This document shows positions 51,288 through 62,159 of a DNA stretch of 64,000 nucleotides, one piece after another (position 1 is the stretch's first letter; every line of letters starts with the position of its first letter). Made by a program: the position numbers and the translations under genes. Source of the DNA: Octopus sinensis. Its lineage: Eukaryota. The DNA is taken from assembly GCF_006345805.1 (NCBI RefSeq), contig NW_021832570.1:1-64000 (forward strand), given 5' to 3'. Below the pieces are notes generated by a model. The model had not been told where the DNA came from and did no database searches. It saw only the letters and a list, made by a program, of their open reading frames with translations.

Positions 51288-53852
51288 CTAAAACAAATTG
51301 AGAATAATTTTATGTGTTTCCATAATATCATCGCATACGGTAATAAATAGGGCAATTTTTTGCCTAAAATGCCTTTTTGCACCAAAAGGTCTATTTATTT
51401 AAATAATTAATTTAAGCTATAATTTAATTAAAATAGATTTATCTACAACGAGTTATAAATGCCTTAAATGCTTAAAAAATTGTTAAGGTCCTAAAAAATT
51501 TTTTTAAGGTCCTAAAAATTTTTTTAAGGTCTTAAAATTTTTAAAATAAATTATTTTTAAATGTTACAAAAAAATATTTTAAAATAACAAATTAGGCACG
51601 CTATAAAATTACTTTTTTTGTGTTCAAATGCCACGTGTACGTTCTACAATAAAGTCTAAAGCTCTAAAAGCCTATGAAACTTACGTAAAAGAATTCACAG
51701 TGATTAAGGCAGTCTATATTGTAAAATATGTATGATCTACGTCAATGCATCAAAAAAATATTATATTGATCAGCATAGACAATCTACAAAACATCTAAAG
51801 CTTTTGAGTAATTTAAAATTATTTTTTTTAGATAACAATGAAGGATTCCAACAATCCTTAGATTCCCTATTCAACGGTCAAACCGAAACGGAAGACTTTC
51901 AGAGTATGCCGATGGAAGTTGCCAAAGCCTTTTCTGAAGCAAACATTCCTCTTCATAAGCTCAATAATCCAAGCTTAAAGGGATTGTTTTAAAAATTGAA
52001 TATTTCGCTTCCTTCCCAGTCAGCCTGTCGCAATTGTATTCCTGCAATCAGTGAACAAAATTATCCAAGTATAAAAGTGATCTAAGGTTAACAAATGATT
52101 AATTTTTAGATCTCAAAAGATTTTTATGGTTGTTGACGAGGGGACGTAAATGGACAGAAGTTTGTAGTTGTTCTCATTGGGAATATCGCTTATCCAGAGA
52201 AGACCTATTTAATTTCGTGTGAACCTTTATATGAATCTGTAACTGCTAACACAATTCTTCAGATTATCGATGAAGAGATTAAAAATTCGAGATTATACGC
52301 AATAATTTCTTCTTTTTTCTTTCTGATGCAGCCCCGTATATGATTTTGGGTAGTTTGTTGAATTATTTTTAGCCGGAAAAACATTGAAAATGCTTTATCC
52401 TAGGATGTTCCATGTAACATGTGTTGCACATTTGTTACAATTGCTGTCTCAGAGTAAAGGCGTATTATTCGGACGTTTGATAATCTTATTGCGACTATAA
52501 AGACATCAATAGTGAAAAACAAAACTAGAAAAAAAAATGTTTTCTACAATTGGTTATCCGCCCGACGTCATCATAACTAGATGGGGTAGTTGGCTGCAAG
52601 CAGCATACTATTATGCAAATATTTTGTATCAATTGCTGAAATTGTGGAGAATTTCAAAGACGACGGAATATTAGTTAAAAAAGTAAAACAAGCAATTGAA
52701 TCGCCAACCTTAAGAAAAGTCTAATGGAAATAAATGAAAATTATCAGATACTTAATCAAATATTGAAAAAAATGGAATCCACAAGTTATACAATAAATGA
52801 TGCACATTCAGATCTTTGTTTGTTAAATTTCCGTCTGATAATGCAGAAATAAATGAATACATACAAAAAAGATTACACAAAAATGACATAGAATCAATTA
52901 TAGAAATGGAGAAAAGTAATATCTCCCCTGAAGAATATGGACTAATAAGAAAATGTCAGTGTACATCATCAACCGTTGAAAGAGCATTTCTATGCTTAAA
53001 AAATTAATTACTAAAGATAGAGGTTTCAATGCGGAAAATGTCAAAAATTATTTAATACCTTACTATAACAAATAATTTTTACGACTTTTTGATTTAATAC
53101 CTTATTAAAATGTGCCTAAAAGTAGAATAAAGTCCTAAAAATAAAATAAAGTAGTCCTAAAATGCCTATTTTTAAGGTCCTAAAAATAAATTTTAAGTGC
53201 CTGAAAAAATTGCCCTAGTAATAATCTAATATCAAAATTTACTATCTCCAAACTTTCGTATTCTCAGGAAAATGATTTTTGAAACAAAAAGAAGTTTTGT
53301 CCTGAAAAAGAGGATTGTCATATCTCTCATGATGACTGTTATTCGGAAAAATAACATTTTTTTTCTCCAAGTATAATACAATGTCAGGTTCTGGGAGTCC
53401 CACATCACATGCACTACACCACTCTGGGGACAGACCCTAAAATAAAAAGAATTAAAAATTGTTTAAATTAATATATGAAACCTTAGCCACTGAATATGCA
53501 ATTCCAGAGTAAATATAACGATCTAGAATCAGTACTTTTCCTTCAGACAAAATAGTGATCATTTCGTTACTAAAAATAAAAAAAATAACAAACTAAAGTT
53601 CCCATCTATTTGCAGAAAAAAGAAGATGTACAGCGTGATCGTCCAAGTCTATTTGACATTTGAGATATGAGTCTATTAATTTTCCTATCTTGGTTTCCCG
53701 GTCTAATGAATTAGCAAACAATCATTGCCTGGAAATTTCATTAATCTAGATGGAATCCCCATTTTATTTAGGGATTCGTATAGGAGCTTGCACTGTGTGG
53801 TTTTTCCAACTTTATCAGGGCCTTCGAACACCACAAGAAACCCCGCGCGCAT
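51288..53852 (-). CDS. DTYMK: Thymidylate (dTMP) kinase; last exon interrupted by hAT
   Basis: MRAGFLVVFEGPDKVGKTTQC...FP/DRETKIG...HLLFSANRWE...LILDRYIYSGIAYSVAK/GLSPEWC...DVGLPEPDIVLYL...HERYD. Introns at 53703-53728 (GC-AG), 53570-53593, 53437-53481 and 53226-53253. The displaced tail TVCDDIMETHKIILNLF* lies at 51288-51339. Confidence 0.9.
51348..53217 (+). mobile_element. hAT transposon (CGGBP1-like transposase), 1,870 bp, decayed, inserted in the last DTYMK exon
   Basis: TIR TAGGGCAATTTTT. TSD GTAATAAA/GTAATAAT (51340-51347 and 53218-53225). Motifs AKAFSEANIPLHKLNNPSL, FMVVDE, LSDAAPYM, HVTCVAH, ITRWGSWL, STVERAF. Introns at 51808-51831, 52087-52109 and 52350-52372. Confidence 0.9.
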
Positions 53853-54199
53853 TATGAAATAGTCGGTTAGTTATATATTTAAATTTTGAATTTTCATAAA
53901 GTACAGTAAACTATTTTAAATTTTCCAATTCAGAAATTGTCTTCACAGTGAACCCTCGAAAATTGGCCATTTTTGGTAGATAAAAATGTTATGGTCAATT
54001 AAACAAATCAATATTTGAAAAAAATTCGAAATAAAAACGTTTAAAGTTAATTAAAATACAATTTAAATTTGTACATTTACGAAGTGGTCAATTTTTGAAG
54101 GTTTACTGAATTTTTAGTCTTTAAAACATTACTGAAAAATAGTTTTTTTAGTATTTCGTTTGGAAGATACAAAAACATCAAAGATAGAGTGTCTGTTTG

Positions 54200-54660
54200 A
54201 AGAAAAAAGATATCGATATATGAACCATATAAACATTTGAACCTTAAAGATACTGTTCTATTTATAAAAATGGCCAGAAAAGATGTATCCCCTAAAAGGA
54301 TTATAAATCGTTTTAAACTTCTTAAAAAATCTGATACAATCACACCGCTAAAAGAAATATTAACCAAGACGGATATTTTCGATCCGATTGAAATCGAAGA
54401 ATTTATGTCGATAAATTACTCTGAAAAAAATGCGACAGATGAAGAAGAAATAACACCATTATTGGATGAAAGTGAGATATTCATCCATGAAGAAGCTACT
54501 GAAATGAAGCCCTCAATAATGAAGTAGCATCCAAGTTAAACTAAATTGAAACGGATCTTATTGAGAACATTAAAAACGGAGACGATGCAGTCTTGTTACA
54601 GCAATTAGAAGATTTAAGAAAAAAATTGAAATATCAAAAAGAAACAAATTGTAATTGAAT
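54200..54660 (+). pseudogene. Unidentified coding sequence, homolog of 7050-7500
   Basis: ORF 54237-54527 (FKLLKKSDTITPLKEILTKTDIFDP), plus downstream NEVASKLN*IETDLIENIK...LEDLRKKLK in another frame. Confidence 0.5.
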
Positions 54661-56299
54661 ATTATTTTGATAAAATTTAGTAATTTGTCTTAATAAAAAA
54701 TTTTGTAATTTTTTAGTTTTAATCGACAAAAAGTTTCCAATAAATATTTTAAAATTATTGATTAAATTCTGCAATTTTTCATTCCCCAAATCTATTGCAA
54801 ATTTGACAAGAACAACAAATAGCAAATTTGAGAGAGTTTACTGTATAGGAAATAATTAAAGAAATCATTGATAGATAACATTAAGACGTTAATAGTAACA
54901 TTATGACATTAAAAAGTCATTTAACGGCTTCTAAGAGATTCATATCGATTTCCTTCTCATTTCTATTGTGAATAAAAAACAGTCTAAAAACATTCTTGTC
55001 TTAATCGGAGACGCTCAAGAATAAGTTCTATCTCCATTTTTGGTCCGTTATTTAGATGTCGGTTTGTATTTTACCATTTCAAATGTTATTAAGTACTAGC
55101 TCAGCAGTTCGCTTCGCTCACTGCGAGCTAGCTCCTGCGGAGGCCCTGCTCGCTACGCTCGCAGTTTCCTTAAATAACTATAAATTTATGTAGATATATA
55201 AATGCGACCTGCTTTGATATAACCTTATTCTAAGGCCTGTGGATAAACGATGTTTGCAGTCCGTCCATCCTTGGCAAATATAAATAAATTTCTCTTCTAC
55301 CTACCCTTGAGCACCCCACATACAGCTGGCCATGTGAAAAGCACTCGTTCTCTAAAAATAAGCCTACTACCTTTAAAGACTGTCCCTGGGCCTTGTTTAT
55401 TGTCATAGCAAAACTTATCTTCAGCGGAAATGTAGTCTCTTAAATCTATCGCAGACCCTTTCATGGTCCATAATAACGTCGACCGATTTATATATTCTTT
55501 CTCTGCCAGGGATTTTCATTAATAAATCTAAATTTATATTAAGTACCTCATCATTAAGTGGAGCTAATATAGCTCGTTCACGCAGCCAGTCGAAATTCAC
55601 GTAGTGTTCAGATAGTTCGGAATAGACGGCATTCAATAATCTTCTGCTGTTTCTACGAAAATACATAATTCTTCCGGTAGCCTAATTTTCTGGTCGTGCA
55701 TTTCTGAAGTGATTGCCCCATTTCCAATATCTAGAAGGATTTGTGGGAATATGCTATTAACGCCTTGTAAATGTACATTTACATCTAAGCTTACCTTTTT
55801 CACGTGTGTCCACAAATATGACGATTTGAGGCAGGCATTCAATTCATCCGCAGGCGTCCCTCTTTGAATAATTGGCAGCGTCTGTCTAAAATCACCTGCC
55901 AATACAACTAATGCTCCCCCAAACAAATGGTCGCTACAATTCTTGATATCTCTATATGTTCGGTCAACTGCTTGAATGCGCCTTTATGAGCCATCGTACA
56001 TTTCCCAAACAATTAACCTAGAATGCATAATTCTATTACCCGTAGTTGAGTCTAACAGCAGTCCTGACCTTGTTCAGCTGTTGTCTAAGTTCCCTCACCA
56101 TTTAAGCACATCTTCCCTCGTTTCTCTTTTTTGTTATATGGTTCATATTCTCTTGTTTGTTAACACTCTCAGATCTCTCTTTATAGGACATTCTTATGAT
56201 TTTGTAAACGCGAATCAGTAATTTATATTAATTTCTACGTAAATTTATTAGTGAAATTTATGTAAAGTGTATTTTTTTATTGATAAATGAACAAAACAA

Positions 56300-56405
56300 T
56301 TGTCAGTTAACTAAATTAAGTCCAGCGAACGGATGCTTGCGCGTTCCCGCGCACGATTGCGAGTGAGATCCTCTGCCTCAACCAAGAGGACTCGCGAAAG
56401 TGTAT
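56300..56405 (-). mobile_element. CRE 3' remnant nested in the Helitron
   Basis: RESSWLRQRISLAIVRGNA. Confidence 0.7.
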
Positions 56406-56865
56406 TATCCAATCAAAGCCATTATACTTATTGCCTCTATGTTTAAAGGAATTGAAACTTTAGCATAATCGAACTTGTCTGTTTCGGTAAAGAAAATGAT
56501 AATCAGCTTCATCTTTGTAGTATTATAAGGAAAAAAATTAAAGCCTGTTAAATCAAGGAGATTTAAATATAGGCAAATTGAAATTTACATGACTAATTTA
56601 AATTTTATTTGCCTCTATCTTTTAAGAAATCTAAACAGTAGCATAATCGAATTTGTCAGTTTCGGCAGTTAAAAGAATCAATTATGTAAATCTCTAATAA
56701 TTTTTGCTTTTTCCTTTTTAGTGGTTTCAAAATCTGATAATTGCACAGTCTATTCATGGTCGATAACAATTAGAGCTTTTATTTTATTTTTTTAACGAAA
56801 ATTTAACAAAAAAGAATTTATGTCATCGAAAAAAGATAGCTAAGCTAATTAATGGCCTCACGAGG

Positions 56866-58215
56866 CTTGAAGGTTGTGGAGGACCTCATCATGTGAGTCG
56901 AGGACTTTCTTGTCGTTCATTTTAACAAAAACGCAGAAAATATTTTTTTTTAATTTTTTGGCTTGAAGGTTTTGGGGGACCACATCATGTGAGTCGAGGA
57001 CTTTCTTGTTGTTCATTTTAACAAAAACGCAGAAAATAATTTTTTTTAATTTTTTGGCTTGAAGGTTTTGAGGGACCACATCATGTGAGTCGAGGACTTT
57101 CTTGTTGTTCATTTTAACAAAAACGCAGAAAATATTTTTTTTTAATTTTTTGGCTTGAAGGTTTTGAGGGACCACATCATGTGAGTCGAGGACTTTCTTG
57201 TTGTTCATTTTAACAAAAACGCAGAAAATAATTTTTTTAATTTTTTACCTTGAAGGTTTTGGGGGACCACATCATGTGAGTCGAGGACTTTCTTGTTGTT
57301 CATTTTAACAAAAACGCAGAAAATATTTTTTTTAATTTTTTACCTTGAAGGTTTTGGGGGACCACATCATGTGAGTCGAGGACTTTCTTGTTGTTCATTT
57401 TAACAAAAACGCAGAAAATAATTTTTTTAATTTTTTAGCTTGAAGGTTTTGGGGGACCACATCATGTGAGTCGAGGACTTTCTTGTTGTTCATTTTAACA
57501 AAAACGCAGAAAATAATTTTTTTTAATTTTTTGGCTTGAAGGTTTTGGGGGACCACATCATGTGAGTCGAGGACTTTCTTGTTGTTCATTTTAACAAAAA
57601 CGCAGAAAATAATTTTTTTAATTTTTTGGCTTGAAGGTTTTGGGGGACCACATCATGTGAGTCGAGGACTTTCTTGTTGGTCATTTTTAACAAAAACGCA
57701 GAAAATAATTTTTTTAATTTTTTAGCTTGAAGGTTGTGGGGACCACATCATGTGAGTCGAGGACTTTCTTGTTGTTCATTTTAACAAAAACGCAGAAAAT
57801 ATTTTTTTTTAATTTTTGGCTTGAAGGTTTTGGGGGACCACATCATGTGAGTCGAGGACTTTCTTGTTGTTCATTTTAACAAAAACGCAGAAAATAATTT
57901 TTTTTAATTTTTGGCTTGAAGGTTTTGGGGGACCACATCATGTGAGTCGAGGACTTTTTTGTTGTTCATTTTAACAAAAACGCAGAAAATAATTTTTTTA
58001 ATTTTTTGGCTTGAAGGTTTTGGGGGACCACATCATGTGAGTCGAGGACTTTCTTGTTGTTCATTTTAACAAAAACGCAGAAAATAATTTTTTTTAATTT
58101 TTTGGCTTGAAGGTTTTGGGGGACCACATCATGTGAGTCGAGGACTTTCTTGTTGTTCATTTTAACAAAAACGCAGAAAATTGACTTGAAGGTTTTGGGG
58201 GACCTCATCATCGAG
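56866..58215. repeat. Tandem minisatellite, 94-96-bp unit, ~14 copies
   Basis: CTTGAAGG anchors at 56866, 56962, 57058, 57154, 57249, 57344, 57439, 57535, 57630, 57726, 57820, 57915, 58010, 58106 and 58185. Length variation lies mainly in the T tracts. Confidence 0.97.
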
Positions 58216-58356
58216 GATATTCTTTCTTATTAAAATTTTTTGACAGGAAGGTTCTTAGAGGATATCAACCTTTTATTGTGCCTCATTATCGAATAACTAC
58301 AAAAGGGAAGGTTTTGACAATTTGATCTGGTTTGTAACAATTTGAATGTGGGTGTG

Positions 58357-58400
58357 CACAGACAGACAGACAGACACACAGACAGACAGACAGACACACA
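58357..58400. repeat. (CAGA)n/(CA)n microsatellite near the Helitron 5' end
   Basis: CACAGACAGACAGACAGACACACAGACAGACAGACAGACACACA, read directly. Confidence 0.9.
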
Positions 58401-58559
58401 CCATACCATTTTATTATTAAGATAGAGTTTCAAGCCAGTACTTTCCAAAAAAATTGTACTAAAATAAAGAATTTTATTTAAAATTCCATAAAATAATACA
58501 GTGATTATAAATTCCCAGACGATGACTTTCCGTCTGTTTAGACAAAATCCAACTTCCTC

Positions 58560-58870
58560 CTCTCTGCTGCACATTATGAGGATATCGCCTAGCTGAACGC
58601 ATTCACAAGAAATCTCATCGACAACAATTTTTCTCAGAATTGGAGTTGCTCTCCGATTCGGTCTGAACCAATGTTCAACGCAACGCCGTTTCTCCCAAAA
58701 CGCAGCTTCCGACGTTTAGGCTGTGTGGTTTCTCTCATTTTGAGGCATTTGGCACCGGACGAACCAACAATCTTCCCATTCCGGGTAGGCCGTTCCCTTG
58801 TGTGGGACGCTACCTGCACGGATACGTTTTGGCGTCGAACCAAACATCGGCCATATCTACCTGGCATGTT
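58560..58870 (+). mobile_element. CRE RLE fragment
   Basis: PTIFPFRVGRSLVWDATCTDTF, versus STFPYEQGKSLIWDSTCSDTF in the 50.4-kb copy. Confidence 0.7.
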
Positions 58871-58929
58871 GTAAACAAAAACTTTTTACATTGAGAAAAT
58901 CTACTTAAAAGATCAAATAGAGCAGCATT

Positions 58930-60103
58930 GTTTTAATTTCACAACGTCGAAGATAATGGAAAAAATTATTTTCAATCGTTTATCGGCTTACGTGGAACAA
59001 AATATATACTCGCGGAGAAACAGTGGGGTTTTAGACCTGGTCGTTCAACCGGTCACTGTTTCTCGCTTCTTGAGGAAGAACTGTCTCGGGCCAAACTCCA
59101 TAAAGCCTGCCTAACGGCGGTCTGCTTGGACGTCTGCAAGGCTTTGACAGTGTCTGGCACTTGGGGTTGCTAGATAAAGTAGCGGAGTTGGGTGCTGGGC
59201 GAAAAAACTGTCAGATGGCTAAAGGGCTTCTTGTGCGAGAGAAAATCGTTCATTCGTTGTGGAAATCTGTTATCGAAGGCCGTGAATCTGAGAAGAGGTG
59301 TTCCTCAGGGATCGGTTCTCAGCCCCTTGCTCTTCATTTATTTCTGGCCGACGTCCCGAAACCACATTTTCCTACGAGCAGACTAATTATCTACGCGGAC
59401 GATATCTTGGTTACGGATGTCTCGAAGTGGGGACCCCGACACAGAAGAAGGTTGTCCTGGAGCAGACTAGAACCGTACTTGGAGGAACTTGAAATCTGGT
59501 GCAATGGTAAAGGCTTGAATCTCGCTCTGGACAAAAGTACCATTTGTTGGATTTCAATGGGTCGTGACAAAAAACCGACTTTCGAGGATTATGGGAACCT
59601 GATTATATCGAAGAACCTACGTTACCTGGGAGTAACTATAGACCCCACCGGGTCATACAAACCCCATGTGCATGCAAAGCGGAAACAAGGAGCGAAAATC
59701 CTAAAAGGACTGAGGCGTTTTTGTCTAAGCGCAGAAACGTTTCTACACATCTACCAGACTTGTGTTCAGCCACTAATAATCTATGGTTCGGAGGGCTGGT
59801 ACCAAACTGATGAAAGGGACCTTCTAATCGCCAAACTCAAAAAAACCAGACGATTTGCCATCAAACTGGCATTCGGCCTGGAGCTCAGCAGTCCGCTGGA
59901 GGACCTGCATGAGCGGAGTGTTGACACGATAGACGCGATCCTGGCAAAACTCGAATTCGCTGAGGGAGATAAGACAGTCTCCCGGGGCAAAACCGAAGTT
60001 GAGACCTTCGTGGCTCTCGTTATCAAGCCCCCTAAGCTCTAATTCCTCGGCCACTTTTCTTTTGGAGCTATTGTATTAAATAAACCATATTCTATTCTAT
60101 TCT
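58930..60103 (+). mobile_element. 5'-truncated LINE (RT plus 3' tail)
   Basis: EKIIFNRL, QWGFRPGRST, LDVCKAFDSVWH, GVPQGSVLSPLLF, YADD, YLGVTID and YQTCVQPLIIYG, ending in AATAAA plus an (ATTCT)n tail. Confidence 0.88.
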
Positions 60104-62159
60104 CTTAATTTCATTTAAAATAGAAAACTATGGGAACCATTTAAATTGATTTCTTTGATGTATCAAAATTATTGTTATTTTAGTCTGGAAACAATTAATT
60201 TATTGTTTTTGATGTCTTTGACCTTTAATGCAAATTAGACAATTAACTTTACGATTGAAATAAATCTGGAGATATTAATTTATCTTTCTTTTATCTTTTT
60301 ATGCATGCGGCATCCTGTTTTGATAAAATATTTTTTCATTTCGAAGAGAAGATGCTTAATATTTTTTAAAAATTCGTCACCATTAAAAAAATGTTCAATT
60401 AACAACTTCTCATTGTATTAAATACAAAATTTTCAATAGAAGCATAAATATTATTTGATAAATTAGTTTTATTGGATAAACAACATTGAGAGGTTACTGC
60501 AAAACATCTGTTTGTAATTGAAAATATTATTAAAGAATAGTTTATTGGTATCACTTTACTCGGCTAGCGGCATTAAGTCGATTAAATTTTGTAGATTTGT
60601 TATCAAATAAAATATAAATTAACTTGGCGCAATTAATTTGAAAAACTGTGTCGGATGCTCTCTAATGTATTAATTACCTAATTTGTATAACATAGAAATA
60701 TCCAAAACAACCTAGAATTCAAACAACTGGGATGAAATCAGCCCTTTCAAACAATCAAACAATTTATAGCCCAATGCCTAAATTAATCTGTTCAATACTA
60801 CTTAAACATTCTATTATTCCAAAAACTGTCGTTTTTGTAGCTCCAAACGGTTGTTTTTATGTGCAATAAAAGTGTATCAGTATCAGATAACTGCGATAAC
60901 TCAAATCGATTATTAGAAAGTCAAGAAATTTTTTTGAGTTTTATATTAAGAGAATGTATATTTTCTTCGTTAAAATTCAAAGCAATAAAATTATTTGGTA
61001 CATATTATTTTATTCATTATAGACTCAAGTTATATTAAACACAAATTAATCTTTTGTAAAAATATTAATGGTAAAGACGAAAACATAAAGGCGTTAGTCA
61101 ATAAAATATTAAAATTTTTAAAAAATTCCAATTGTAAGACAATTAAATTAAACTATAAATAAACAATATAATTTTTGTTTCAAAACAATAAATAAGTAAC
61201 CATAAATTTAAATAATGTTCAAATTAAATATTTTCTAATGTCTATTTAGATAAATTGCTTATTGAAATGCAAATCGACGACAAAGTTTCATATAAAAGTG
61301 TGATTCATGAAAAAGGTATAAAATTTGCAAAAAATAATAAATAGTAACAAAGTTGTCAAAAATATTGATATATTTTCCAAGCAAATTTTCCGAGAAAGTA
61401 TTCGAAGATTATTTTATTCATAAATCTGGTTTTCTGATATATCAATGTTCTTTTAATTCAAATGATCTTATTTTTAGTGAAATGATTCAAAAAAAAGTTT
61501 TCATATAATGTTATAGAATTTTAGAACGATTTTGTACCAAAAAATGACAAAATTGTTAATGAAAAATCCAAACTAATTAAACATGCATTTTCAGAATACA
61601 AAAAACATAAATGCATAAACAACAACCCAATAGGATCCCAAATGCTATCTTGTCTGCCACTACCTCCTCTCCCCCCTCTTAAAAATTTTTGTGAAGAAAA
61701 AATTGTGAGAAAAGATATGAATTCTACAAATAATAATCGATCGAAATCTAAACTCAAAAATCAGTCATTCAAAAATCAGATTTATAGTTCTGATATGAGT
61801 GAAGAAATAAGTTCATCGGAGTTAATAATGGTTATTATTCTTATTAACCTAATTATGTTTATTAGAATAATGAGATTGAAGAATGTCGAAAAATGAAAAA
61901 TGAGTTACATGATTTTTTAAAATCGTCAGTGAATTCCAAAAGTAGTGGCTACGAATCTCGATAATCTAATTAATTCATTAAGCGAGAAAACCTATTTTTT
62001 AATATTTTTAAAACATAAAGCAGAAATTTTGACTTAAAAATCGATTTTATACTTGCTTATTATATAAACAAAATTTAACTAAGATTACACTATTTAACTG
62101 AGATTTTCACTCCTTATTGTTCTAAACTTCTCTTTCCCTTTTTGAGAAAGAATTTGCTA

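Larger units (their letters stand above)
55096..58426 (-). mobile_element. Non-autonomous Helitron (~3.3 kb) with a Pif1-helicase remnant and an internal satellite
   Basis: 5' end TCTATCTTAATAATAAAATG followed by a TGTC microsatellite (58426 downward). Helicase FGGALVVLAGDFRQTLPII...WLRERAILAPLN (55421-56230). GC hairpin ACTGCGAGC...GCTCGCAGT and CTAG 3' end at 55096-55099 followed by T. That both ends belong to one element is inferred. Confidence 0.7.

Noticed and set aside
56858-58215. CRISPR array or repeat-protein ORFs (MNNKKVLDSHDVV...)
   Set aside because: The units are near-identical end to end with no unique spacers, there are no cas genes, the context is eukaryotic, and T-tract indels break the frame.
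56866-58215. Spliced-leader or snRNA gene array (Sm-like AATTTTTTGG and an AG/GT junction, next to a CRE end)
   Set aside because: The Sm-like site lies only about 7 nt before the putative donor, leaving no room for a leader exon or promoter, and several units lack the motif. Trans-spliced reads would be needed to revive the idea.
60110-62150. AT-rich stretch with short ORFs (for example 61642-61896)
   Set aside because: Low complexity; no convincing homology or intron-exon model.
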